Counted from the stretch's first letter, positions 49,701 to 61,039 are shown. The stretch is 64,000 nucleotides of DNA from an uncultured delta proteobacterium (GCA_963789265.1 CAWBKB010000005.1:32001-96000); one strand, 5' to 3'. Made by a program: numbers and translations. Notes: a model not told the origin generated them from the letters alone.

Positions 49701-52700
49701 CTACGTCCGCCGCAAGACCGGCAGGGCCACCCAGAACCAACACTTCCTCGGCTTCCGGCAGGGGCACTTCTTGAAGTGCGGGCAAGGCCACAAGCCTTGC
49801 TTCAAATAGTCGCACCTCTTCTTCAACGTTAGGAGTCTTCTCAACCCGGCTCTCCAGCGGTTGTTGGGCAGCCGAGGACGACGCCTTTCGGCGCTTCTCC
49901 TGAACAAAGCCGATAATGTGCTTTATCGTCGGAAAATCAGCAATCTTCAGACCTTCGATTCGCGGGATGTTGAAGGCATCTCTGACTTCGGAGATGAATT
50001 CAGCCTGTTTAACAGTATCAATACCCAGATCTGCTTCCAAATCGAGATCCGTATCCAGCATATCCGGCGGGTAACCGGTCTTGGCCGAGAGGAGCGCGAG
50101 GATCTTTTCTCTCACCTCATCCTCACCGTCCGCGACCGGGATTGTCATCTCCTTCGATCCGACATCTGCCCCGCGCGCGGTCTCGGTCACCGAAACTTTG
50201 ACGGTTTGTGCGCGAACAAAATCGATTATGTGCTCTATGGTCGGAAATTCAGCAATCTTAAGTCCCTCTATGCGCGGGATATTGAACGCTTCCCTCACTT
50301 CGGAGATGAATTCCGCTTGCTTTACTGTGTCGATACCCAGATCAGCCTCTAAATCCAAGCCGGTGTCCAGCATGTCCGCGGGATAACCGGTCTTATCTGA
50401 TAGCAAGGCCAGAATTTTTAAGCGAATTTCCTCAGCTCCTCCGGCCGCCTTTGCCGCAACCGGCAAGCTTTCAGGCTCGGATTGATCCCGTTCCTCGGCC
50501 GAAGGTGTGTGTCGGGCAACGGCCTGGCCGACCGAACGCTCGGTCATTCTCAGGGTTCGCTGCTCTATCGAGGCTACGGGGTCGGCGTACCCGCTGATAT
50601 CCTTCAGCCAGCTTCGATGGGCATGAAGATCCGTGATGCGGTTTTCTTCACGACTCACAACTTTGTATAGTGCCATAACAATTTGCGAACCGAACCCCGC
50701 GGCCAATCTGAGAGCGTAATTTGCCTCGCACTTCCCGCCTCGGCTCAGATTAAGGTCCGCAAACTCTGGATCCGGCTGCCTTAGATTCGGAATGGGGGGC
50801 ATCATGCCCTTCTGGAGGCAGCGCAGGGCTACAACGTCCTCGACGCCCACTCCCATAGTGTGTCCCGTGAATCCCTTGGTGTTGGCTATTGGGATCTGCC
50901 GAGCCTGGTCGCCGAAAGTTTTCCGCAGAGCGCGAACTTCTGCCGCCGAACTCCCACCTCGCTTGGGCGAATACGTTTCGTGGGACATGAAAAGAACATC
51001 CCGTGCAAGGTCATGCCGAGAAATGCCGGACTGCTCCTCCCATTTAGCTATCATAGTTTCCATAACGGAACTGATATGGTCTACATCCAAGCGGGTACCA
51101 TGAAATCCGCTGTTGGCTACCACTCCGGTCTCGATCGTAGCTATGGCCTCCATGCCCCTCTTTTTGACAAGGTCCTGATTTTCCAAAACTATGCCCACTG
51201 CGGCGGAGCCCAGGATCAAACCGTGGCGCCGATCGTCGAAAGGTAGAGCGGCTTCACTAACATTGCCGTTGGTTGTAGCTGCGCCGACAGCCAGGAACCC
51301 GGAGCCCACCCAAGGGAACAGTGTCTGCCCCGCGACATCGTCCGCGGCAATGACGATAACTCTTTTGGCCTGACCGGTGCGGATCCAGTCACGCGCCAAA
51401 AGTATTGCTTGGGTTGTCCCCGCGCAGGCTGCGTCGACGTGGGTGTTCGGTCCCTGAGCTTTGATGAGTTGCGCGAACTGGCCGTGCGCCATGCTGACAA
51501 CGCGAAGGAGAAAATCCCTGTTGAAAGTGTAAAGTTCTTCCGATCCGGCCAGATTCAGGCGGCCGAATTCTTCTGTGAACCACGCAGTGATTCGTTCTCT
51601 TTCGCCGTCGTCTCTGATATTGGCCACAAGCCCCGTATAAAACTCAATAAGTCGTTTCTTGGCCCCTGAGCCGTATCGGCTCGCAGCTTCCCTGGTCACT
51701 TCGTCTATGAGGGATGCCATCCCCGGAAACGCCGAGGCAAAAATAATCCCCGTTTCCCTTCGCAAAGAGGGCGGCAGTGCCCAGGAATCCGGCAATTCGC
51801 GCCCCGTGCTGGTGGTGCGAATCTGACGGATTAGAGGAATTCCAGCTCCTCTGAGAGCCTCGAGACCGGCGGCAATGGCCAGGCGGGTTGTTACGTCCAT
51901 TGACCTTATCAATCGCTCATCCAGGCCGTACTCCTCTATGATCTCTTCATCATTGAAAAAACCTGCCAATTTGATGACGTCGGAAAGGTCCTCCACCATC
52001 TGGGTTTCAACTTCACCGGAGGGCCCCTTCAACAAGCGTTCCACGTTCTTTTCCAGCATTCTGCGGCGCCCGTGCTCCGATATCTTCTTAATAAAGTTCC
52101 GGCCAAGTATGAGGTCTTCCAGAGTTTCCCTATCAAACGGGAACCGCACATCACTGGGAAGCCCGGCTGCCATGCCGCTCACGGCCACCGGAGAGAAATC
52201 CATGCCCTCGGATTCGACCTGCTTTGCGGTTTGGTCCAGCGGGAGCACATGTTTTAAAAATGATTGAAATCCTGATTTGATGAGCTGCCGGATCGGCTCA
52301 CCCTGGATTTCCAGGAATCGCTTGAACTCCCGCCGAGAGGTGATTTCTCTTATCTCCGGATCCAGAAGCCCTTCCAGTGGATCAGCCTCTTTCGGTTGAG
52401 CAGTTTGGATTTGCTGCGTAACTGGCTGAGAAGCCGGTCTCACTACTCTCAGCTCGGCCTTTTCGCGACGAGCCTCAGGTTTTGAGGATTCCATCGGACT
52501 GTCCGCCCCGACAAAATCCACGTCGACACCTTCCGCGGCCAATGCAGCCAGAGTCTCCATGAGTTGCAGCATGCCGCTCTTCTTCGGGTGGTTGGTGGGC
52601 AGCGCCATAACGTCGTGTGAAAGAGTGTCCAGCGTCAGATTCGTCATCACTCGTTTGGGCCCGCACTCCAGGAAAATCCTGATCCCTTCACTGTAGAGGC

Positions 52701-55700
52701 GTCTTAACGTTTTCACCCACTCCACAGGAGCCGCAAACTGTTTGCCTAGGAGGTTCGCGAATCCGGTTGGGGGCAGCAGGGCCAACCGGGTAAAAATCTC
52801 CGGTCACATTGGAGAGCACCGGAACAGAAGGAGGATTCACAGTGAGTCTTTCCAGGGTCTTCATGAAAGGTTCTCGCGTGGGAGCCACTACCCCGGAATG
52901 GAACGCGGCCGACACCGGGAGGATGGTCCCCTCCATCCCTCTGGCTTTGAAAAGCTCGCCAGCCCTTTGTACAGCAAGGGTCTCGCCGGAAATCACTGTC
53001 TGCTTGGGCGAGTTTTTATTCGCCGCGACCACGTATCCGTCAACCTCCGCTAGTACCTCTTCTACCACCCGCGCATCGGCAGGTACGCTCATCATCAGAC
53101 CCGGATCTGCGATGCTTACTCGGGCCATTTCACGCCCGCGAACCGCCACAGCTTCGACCGCATCGCGAAAGAAAAAACACCAGCCGCTACGCAGGCCGAA
53201 TATTCTCCGAGCGAATGGCCCGCGCATGCCGCCGGCTTCACCCCCATCAAGGATAAGAGTCTGAAGATTGCAGTGTTAGCGGTCAGAATCATCGGCTGAA
53301 GGAGTTGAGTATCCTTCATTGCATCTGCCTGACGGTTTGCGACTTCGCTGCTGTTGCCGTCGGCAAGAAACACAACAGAGGTAACTGTAGGGAGGCCAAG
53401 AGAGGACAAGATTTCGTCCGCTTCCTGGAAGGTCTGCGCAACCACGGGGAAGCGTTCTGCCAGGTCTCGAAGCATGTATGGATACTGCGAGCCCTGACCG
53501 GGGAAGAGGAAAGCCACACCATCTCGGACCCGGCTCGGACGGCCCTGGCAAAGGTGCATGCCCCTGGCGGGGAAAGCCGCTTGTTTACCGGGATCAACAA
53601 GTCCATCGCGCAAAAGTGAAAGCTTCTTGGAGGCCGATTCCGCATCTTGAGTCGCAAACCCGCAGCGGAGGTCCAATTGGCCTGCCTCTTCTCTGCAACG
53701 AGCCGCTAATGCCGCTGTATTTTCTGAGGTTAACTCCTGGAGGAGGCGTTCGACCTTGCCGATTAGATCCCCGGGGTCCGTTCCGCCGATAACCCACGCG
53801 TCGCCCTGAATTTGCATTCCCGGAAGACGAGGCCAGTCAGGGGGTCTAAATTCAATTGCGGCTTCGGTCTTCTTTTTGCCGGCAACAAGGCGAAGGCCGG
53901 GGACGTGCTCCTGGACGATTACGTGAAAATTAGTTCCGCCAAACCCGAACGCGCTGACCCCGGCTCTTCGAACGGACCCGTTGTCGGCTTTCCAGGAACG
54001 TGCTTCGGTCAAAAGAAAAAGAGGAGACGATTCCCACTCTATGCATGGATTCGGCCGTCGCACATTAATGGTGGGCGGCAATGTACGATGATACAGACTG
54101 AGGATCGCCTTTATCATCCCGGCAGCGCCCGCGGCGGCCTTGAGATGGCCTATCTGAGATTTTACGGACCCGATGCCGACTGACGCCCGAGGGATTCCAG
54201 CCGCCCTTAGCAAGCGATCCAGAACTGTCAGTTCGGTTGTGTCCCCAACCGGCGTAGAAGTCCCGTGGGCTTCAATGAGACCAATCGATCCGGGATCAAT
54301 CCGGGAAGCATTCAGGCATGCCCGCACAGCACGTTCCTGCCCGGCTGCATTGGGCGCGGTTATCCCCTTGCCCTTTCCGTCTGAAGAGGAACCGATTTCC
54401 AGGATTGTTCCGTAGATCCTGTCGCCGTCCCGAAGAGCGTCGGAAACTCGCTTCAGAATCATGATCCCCGCGCCTTCACCCATGACAAAGCCATTGGCCG
54501 ACTCGTCAAAGGGCCGGCTACCGTCAGGCGACAGCGCGCCTACCTTGCAAAACTTGATGAAGGACGAAGGGTGCATGGCAGCGTCCACGCCCCCGGTAAC
54601 AGCGTAGTCTATGCTCCCTTCACGCAACGCGGCCATCGCGTTCATGGCCGCGGCCATGGAAGATGCACAGGCAGCGTCAACTGTAAAGTTAGGGCCCTCC
54701 AGATTAAACACGTTGGCCACGCGGCCTGAAATGATGTTGGCCAACTCCCCGGGAAGTGAATCTTCTGTGATTTCGGGGAGGTTTTCGAGATAACGGGAAC
54801 GGAATTCGTTCACTAGATCTTTCTTGACACTCGCGTCCAGATTCAACGAACTGAGGGCTTCCTCGAGGCATGACACAGATCGCGGCAGGCTTACACGCTC
54901 CGCGTATCTGTCAGTGGTATCTCCCCCCATACTGTTCCCCAGGATCACCCCTACTCTTTTGCCCCTCAACTGTTCCGAGGAGAGACCGGCATCCTGCAAC
55001 GCATCTGCCACGCAGGTCACTGCCATTTGCTGGGTCCGATCCATCTTCCGGGCGACTGCGGGGGGAATACGATATTTGAGCGGTTCAAATGCGAAATCCC
55101 GGATGAACCCGCCTATCTGTGTGTAACTCTTGTCAGGGGCTTTGGGATCGGGATCGTAGTAAAAATGCAGGTTTCCCCATCGTTCTTCAGGAACCGGTCC
55201 TATTCCACTTCTTCCGCTCACAATCTGTTCCCAAAAAGAATTAGGAGAATCTGAACCAGGGAAGCGCAATCCTATACCGATAACTGCAATGGGCTCTTTT
55301 TCGTAGCTAATCTCGACTGGCAGCTCCTTATGCGGCGTCTCATCACTCAGTTCGTCTTCGGCCCTGTGTGAATCCGACATTTCCTCGAAAAGACGTCTCC
55401 CCTCCTCAATGATTTCCTCGTGAAGTTTCTCGATCCTGCGGGGAGTCTCAAGAAGAGAGACTACTTGTCCCATCAAGTAGAGGCCTCGGTCCAACTGCTC
55501 TTCAGGGGGCAAGTCGCAAAATACCGGGCAGTCGAAGGTGGCAGTTTCAGGATCAATCGCGCATCCCTTTGAAGCAAGCCTGAGTGCGCCCAGGTTATCC
55601 TTTTCGTACAGCTCTTTGCGCTCGCGCAAAGAGACGCACGCTCGGAGGCGCTCTTGCTCCCTTTCAATTAGCTTCGAGGCCATTGGAGAGCCCGCCGCGC

Positions 55701-57388
55701 GTGCCTTGGTGTTCACCGTGCGGCCTATAACCACCGTGCGGTCGCTCTGCAAGGTGAGTTTTTGATAGGTGGGTGTGATAGCGCAGGTGGCAACTGCTTC
55801 TTCGGTGGCAAGATAAGCAGTCCCCATCTGGAGACCGACATTGAGACCTTTTTCCACAAGGTCTCCCACCATGCCCGCCACGAAGGCGGCTGCTCGACCG
55901 GTGGCTATTCCTCCTGCAAAAAGGACCCGTACTTCGTCCAGATCAATGCCATTTGCGGCAGCGGATTCCAGTTCGTTAAGATTCGCGCTCCAGAGGTTCA
56001 AGCTTCCTAACGTGCCTATGTGCCCACCTGATTCGCACCCTTCGAACACAAACCGCCTATGGCCTGCCCGAAGCGCTTCTCCTAGTATCGCTGGGGAGGG
56101 GCAGTGCAAGTAACAAGCGGTGCCCATGGCCTCTATTGATTTAGCGAGATCTATGCTCCCTGCGGCGAGAATGGCAAATGCAGGAGGGTCCTCTCTCATT
56201 ATCTCCAGATGAGCCTCGTAGCAATGCCTGTTCACTTCCAGTCCTATAAGACCTACGCCGAACCTGCCTCCGGTCTTTTCTCCGGCAAGACCAATGCCCT
56301 CTCGCGCGATTGGGCCCGGCATGTTACCCATGGCAAGAAAAGGCAAGGCCCCTCCCGCGGCGACCGCGGCGAGAAAGTCGGGATTGTCGCTCACATGGGC
56401 CATAGGACCTTGAACTATCGGGAAACGAGTCCCGTGGTCGCCACAAAGTGAAGAACCTTCATGGAACGGCCACGTATTGCCAAATCCGGCCATTGCCCGT
56501 CCAAAAGCCGCGACAATCGCGCCGGCACTCCCGTGTTGAGCAGCCAACTCTTTGGCGGTTCCGATGTCTTCGGACATGGGCAACAGGATCTCGGCTGAAT
56601 CCGGCGACGCCCCGCGACCGCGGAGCGCGTTGCACAGACGCTCCCGATAGGAATCCAAGTCCTGACCTGACACGGAATCCTCGAGCTTCTTCAGTTCACG
56701 CACCATGCGAGTGCCGGCTCGGGAGTAGACTCGCAAGGGAGTAGCTGTCCCCTCTGCCAGCGTAACGGTAGTGGGTAGCCCCAATGAGCTGAGAAAATCA
56801 CGAAGCGAGGGATCGACGTGCGAGCCGTTCGTGAGCAATAGATGAATGTCCAAAACAACGCCTGTAGCCCCCGCGGCCCTGACACCCGCCGCAGTTCGAA
56901 GACTCACGCCCCCTTGGAGAAAGAGCGGCAGATCACAGATCGAACGGATTTCCTGAAGAAGAAACCAGCCCGCTGGTGTCGCTTACCCAACCCGGGCCTT
57001 CATTTCCGCGCGCAATAAGACCGGCAGCCCCGGCCCTTTCCGCGGCCAATGCCTGGTTTGCGCTGCCAACCTCTACCGCAACTGGTCTAGGCACGGACTT
57101 AAGGGCCGCAGGTTCGAGCGAAGCAACTTTCTCGGCTTCTTCAAAGGGAAGCAGAAGCAGTTTAACTTGTTCATCCGAAGCGAATCGTTCCAAATCTTCC
57201 ATGAAAACCCGTGCGCCGTGGGGAATGCCGGGCGACACAGTAAACTGGGCGGGACCTCCAGTCACGTGATCGACAATTCCCAATCCTCCCGAGCTGGAAA
57301 TCGCCTCCACAAGACCCGGATGAGAGTTAATTGCCGGGTTGACGTAAAGTACAGGTATCTTCAAATCAAATGGCAGCCGTAATTTCAT
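46725..57388 (-). CDS. Pfa-like iterative type I FAS/PKS megasynthase (ER-ER-KS-AT-KS-ACP-ACP-KR-DH-PPTase), 3,553 aa after four 1-bp indel corrections
   Basis: Indels near 56963 (+1), 53169 (-1), 52754 (+1) and 47550 (+1) each restore continuous domain sequence. Motifs: FabK/NMO-type ER (QGPMA, EGCESGGHIG, FAGGI); KS (DAACASS, EAHGTST, KSQIGHL); AT (FPGQGSQ, GHSLGE, AFHS); second KS (DAACAG, SHETY, GHT); 2x LGIDTVK; KR (GGARGI, YSAAN); DH (HHRIDRAAVLPG); PPTase (SLSHS, GVDLE, WCLKEA). Confidence 0.88.
49895..50435 (-). repeat. Tandem duplicated ACP-coding repeats (approximate bounds)
   Basis: Two near-identical units KILALLSxKTGYPxDMLDTxLDLEADLGIDTVKQAEFISEVRxAFNIPRIEGLKIAxFPTI. Confidence 0.85.
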
Positions 57389-58365
57389 GAGATCACCTTT
57401 AATGCGCTAAATTTGTTCGCCTGATCAGGGGGAACCACGAAGCCGTAAAACAAAACCTCTTTCACTGTTTCAACTTCATTCAGAAGAGATCCTTCCGCAC
57501 CTTCGTGCAGCCACTTCTGGATCACTCCGTTAAGAAAACCTATGATGCCGAAAAAAACGGTGAAGTAGTTCATCTGCTTGAGATGACCCTTCCGGGAAGC
57601 TTTCCAGCAGCGCCTTTTCAGAGCAGGTAGGGCAAGAATGAGTTCGTTGATAAATTTCTCCGAGAACTCCCGGCCGAAATCTTTGTGTTCTTGGATGATG
57701 ACTTTGAAAAAAGCCGAGTTCGTTTCGAAGAAGCTAAGATAATTCTTTATAACGCTCTCCAGGAACTTCAGAACATCGTCTTCACGGCTCAAGTCCTGCC
57801 GCACATGGTCCACAAATTCACTCATGGTGTCTTCTTTGAGGGCATTGAAGAGAGCTTCTTTAGTATTGAAGTAGCGGTAGACGGTTCCTTTAGCGATGCC
57901 GGCCCTTTCGGCGATGGAATCGATTGTGGACGCGTGGTACCCCTTGTCGGAGAATTCATCGAGCGCGGACTGGAGTATCCTGGACCGAGCGTCTTTCTGT
58001 TTCTTTCGCTTTGAACTTTCACTATTCAAGGGCCTACGAAGGCTCTGGAAAAGCAGATCCTCGAGTATGTTTTGTCGCGGAACACCCGCGGTATCGGCCA
58101 CAGTCAGGACACTACGGTAGAATTCCCTTACCAGAGGGTCAGAATAAATTGGAGAGACTGCTAATGCCTGTGTGGATTTCTCCACGAAGTAGAGTATAAT
58201 TTCTTCGGGCGTCAAATCCGACTGGTCACTCTTGGCGAGTTCCGTTTCCAATATTCGGATGAGTTGAGGCACCGCGAAGGTGTCTTTATGGACCTTGGTC
58301 TTAAATACGACATCGCGAACGTCTTTTTCGAGGTTTGATTTCACGGGAGTTCTCCAGAAAAACAC
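57385..58365 (-). CDS. TetR/AcrR family regulator with an N-terminal extension
   Basis: ILQSALDEFSDKGYHASTIDSIAERAGIAKGTVYRYFNTKEALF HTH; the stop overlaps the megasynthase start (ATGA). Confidence 0.9.
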   Translation of the reverse strand: MFFWRTPVKSNLEKDVRDVVFKTKVHKDTFAVPQLIRILETELAKSDQSDLTPEEIILYFVEKSTQALAVSPIYSDPLVREFYRSVLTVADTAGVPRQNILEDLLFQSLRRPLNSESSKRKKQKDARSRILQSALDEFSDKGYHASTIDSIAERAGIAKGTVYRYFNTKEALFNALKEDTMSEFVDHVRQDLSREDDVLKFLESVIKNYLSFFETNSAFFKVIIQEHKDFGREFSEKFINELILALPALKRRCWKASRKGHLKQMNYFTVFFGIIGFLNGVIQKWLHEGAEGSLLNEVETVKEVLFYGFVVPPDQANKFSALKVIS

Positions 58366-58367
58366 AA

Positions 58368-58442
58368 TGGTCAGTCAGAGGAATCAATGACTGACCAGTA
58401 AGTCATACTTTCTATTTACCGGACACGTACGGTGTCTGTCAA
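58368..58442 (-). promoter_or_regulatory. Candidate TetR operator(s) and -35 box
   Basis: TGGTCAGTCA/TGACTGACCA perfect 10-bp inverted repeat (58368-58397); imperfect palindrome ATGACTGACCAGTAAGTCAT (58387-58406); minus-strand TTGACA at 58437-58442 with a weak -10. Confidence 0.6.
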
Positions 58443-58492
58443 GACCTTTTACTACCGTAATCGCGGTCCGTGCGAAAGATGAAGCTCGGGGC

Positions 58493-58954
58493 TTAGACCT
58501 TAGATCTCTTGCAGGTCATGGTCTCGATCTGAATTTTGATTATCGCGGCCAGTTCAAGGGGGCGGGGTTCATATTCATGCGGGGATATTCCTGAATAATG
58601 TTCCATGATTATGTTGAGCGCTTTCATCTTCACTGCCTGATCGTCAACTATCGAGGCTTTGCCGAATCCGATTACGCTTCTATACTTCATACACCATTTG
58701 CAAGCGACTTCTGCTCGCACGGGCTCCACATCGACATCCACTTCAAAACAAACATTGTTGTTGCGTCTGACGATTTCTATCTTGCGTCCCTCGCGGGATG
58801 AATGAACATAAATGCAGCCGCCTTTGTAACCGAAACAAACCGGTACAACATACGGCATATTGCCGTCGGATAGACCGATTCTGCAAACCAGGGCTTTCCG
58901 CAGTACGGCTTCAATGGTCTCTTTGTCGGTGATTTCCTGCTCGTGTTTTCTCAT
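58493..58954 (-). CDS. Pyridoxamine 5'-phosphate oxidase-like flavin-binding protein (NimA family)
   Basis: PYVVPVCFG, IYVHSSREGRK, NVCFEVD, YRSVIGFG. Confidence 0.9.
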   Translation of the reverse strand: MRKHEQEITDKETIEAVLRKALVCRIGLSDGNMPYVVPVCFGYKGGCIYVHSSREGRKIEIVRRNNNVCFEVDVDVEPVRAEVACKWCMKYRSVIGFGKASIVDDQAVKMKALNIIMEHYSGISPHEYEPRPLELAAIIKIQIETMTCKRSKV

Positions 58955-59095
58955 CGATCACCCGGCATTTTGCGAATGGTTGTGGTTTTCCATGCATCCA
59001 AGATGCGGACGTTATCAGATTTCCTGTTCTCTGTCCAATTGACGACGTCCGGATGGGCGCTAATCACCTGGTTACGCGGGAAATGGCCGCTAATG

Positions 59096-59186
59096 TGTCA
59101 TTGCGAGGAGTGAAAGGACGAAGCAATCTGGGTTCTAACGGGGCAGAGATTGCTTCGTCCCGCGAGACGCGGGACTCGCAATGACA
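59096..59186. repeat. GTCATTGCGAG-type REP palindrome
   Basis: TGTCATTGCGAG...CGAAGCAATCT / AGATTGCTTCG...CTCGCAATGACA; second copy at 61510-61582. Confidence 0.8.
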
Positions 59187-59413
59187 ATCTTTCACCGCAC
59201 TGTGACTTAAAGGGCAAGATGGTCCTTTTACAGGGGTAATAAAACCGCCTATTATCCTATCCGGAATATCTCCTAAAACTTTTTGTCACACTGTCAATGT
59301 TAGAATAGTCTAAAGGTTGATAGAGTTTTGAAACGGCCTGGAGCCTGACCAACCAGGTTCCCAGCCTACTACGGTCCGACCTGCTAGGCAGGCCTGTTTC
59401 CACGGAGAAATAA

Positions 59414-60250
59414 GTGCAGATGCAATCAGCAATGGAAGATTTGGTAGATAAGGCTGTGCAAGGAGATCGAGAATCCCTTGAGGAGCTAATCGAAAGGCTT
59501 CAAGACCGGGTTTATGGGTTGGCGATCAGGATGCTCGCTTACCCGGCCGACGCGGAAGATGCGACCCAAGAGATTCTGGTGAAGATCGTCACAAATCTAG
59601 GCAGTTTTCAGAGGGAGAGTTCGTTCACCACTTGGGTTTACCGCATCGCCTCGAATCACTTGCTCACGACTCGCAAGCGCAGAGCCGAGAGGCTGGAGCT
59701 TACTTTCAACCTTTGTGAATCTCTAGTGGACCGAGGGCTTGAGTGTAGCCGCTTCGATAAGTCTCACGAGGCTGAACAGGAGTTGATAGTCAAGGAGATG
59801 ATGATTGCATGTTTGCACGCATTGTTACTTTGTCTGGATCGCAGTCTTCGCATAGCTTTTATTCTTAGCCATGTATTCGGGACAAACAGTGTTGACGGAG
59901 CGTACATCCTCGGCATAACTCCCGCCGGATTTCGAAAGCGCCTCTCAAGGGCCAGAAGTCTCGTCAAGGATTTTATGAGATATAAATGCGGCCTGTTCAA
60001 TTCGGAAAATCCGTGTCGGTGCACTCGGCAGATCTCATTTGCGGAGAAGAGAAGATCAGTGAATCGCGACAAACTGGTTTTTGCAAATCACCCGGCCCGC
60101 AGTGCCAAGGATGTGCCTGACCCCGATCGACTTCAGGAGATGGGTGAACTGAAGAGACTGGCGATAATTTTCCGCAGTTGTCCGGATTACGCAGCGCCCA
60201 AAGGATTGGTGGAAAGCCTGAAAAATGCGCTCGAAACGCGAGCGTTTTAG
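59414..60250 (+). CDS. ECF sigma-70 factor with a Cys-containing C-terminal extension
   Basis: DAEDATQEI, SFTTWVYRIASN, region 4 (FRKRLSRAR), then CGLFNSENPCRC. Confidence 0.9.
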   Translation: MQMQSAMEDLVDKAVQGDRESLEELIERLQDRVYGLAIRMLAYPADAEDATQEILVKIVTNLGSFQRESSFTTWVYRIASNHLLTTRKRRAERLELTFNLCESLVDRGLECSRFDKSHEAEQELIVKEMMIACLHALLLCLDRSLRIAFILSHVFGTNSVDGAYILGITPAGFRKRLSRARSLVKDFMRYKCGLFNSENPCRCTRQISFAEKRRSVNRDKLVFANHPARSAKDVPDPDRLQEMGELKRLAIIFRSCPDYAAPKGLVESLKNALETRAF

Positions 60251-60303
60251 GCTGTGAAGCGCTGAGACAGCGATCTGCGCACTGATGGAATCGAAAGAAG
60301 CTA

Positions 60304-60436
60304 AGTAATGATTTTCGTAAGTACGGTCGCGGATATGGGTGCCACTGCTGGGCAAGCCAGCAGTGGCACCCAACCAGAGGCGATTACCCCCCCACGAGCT
60401 GGTATTTCGTGTAACCGTATTTAGGAATTAGAGTAC
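60304..60436 (+). mobile_element. MITE-like cassette A carrying a GGGTGCCAC hairpin
   Basis: Ends shared with 61462-61625; internal perfect 16-bp stem TGGGTGCCACTGCTGG/CCAGCAGTGGCACCCA (60336-60372). Confidence 0.6.
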
Positions 60437-60513
60437 GAAGGCCAAAATGTAACCGCTGGTTATTCCCGCATGAAGTTGCAGGAACATTAAATCTCGAATG
60501 GAGGAATCGTACA

Positions 60514-60942
60514 GTGAAAGTGGATGAAAACGTGTGGCAGATGTATCAGAGGCACCTGGGGTACACGGACGAGGCCATGGCTAAATTCCGAGCCAATCCG
60601 AAAAACGTGGAAGTGGTAGCAAAGGCCACAGAGCTGATGAACAAAACGATCGTTGCGGAGGTTGTGGAATCGCGAGGGTGCAACAGTCAACACAAGGTTG
60701 GAGATAAGTTCTATCTGGACGGAGCCGGCAACTTAATCTCAAAGCTCTGCCCCAAGAGGATGTGCATCTACGCGGTGAGCGCCCTCAAGCCTGCGGTCTT
60801 CGGAGTGAACGAGTTGGTGTACGCCGGAGTCGATCCCAATGAAATGCGATTCAACAGGGTAGGATGCTCCGATGTCGGTGTGGAGTGCGGCGGCTGGGGA
60901 CATATTGTGATGGAGATTAAAGTGGAGGATCGGAACAAATGA
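60514..60942 (+). CDS. Cys-rich hypothetical protein (TIGR04076-like)
   Basis: GGAGG RBS; EVVESRGCNSQHKVGDKF, CPKRMC, GCSDVGVECGGWG. Confidence 0.7.
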   Translation: MKVDENVWQMYQRHLGYTDEAMAKFRANPKNVEVVAKATELMNKTIVAEVVESRGCNSQHKVGDKFYLDGAGNLISKLCPKRMCIYAVSALKPAVFGVNELVYAGVDPNEMRFNRVGCSDVGVECGGWGHIVMEIKVEDRNK

Positions 60943-61039
60943 GCCCGTATGATAAGCCGCCCGTAAACAAACGTGGTTCTGAGGGCGCGGCTGTTTTCGC
61001 TTGACAGAGGAGTGTCGTACCGGTTACTTTGTATACGAA

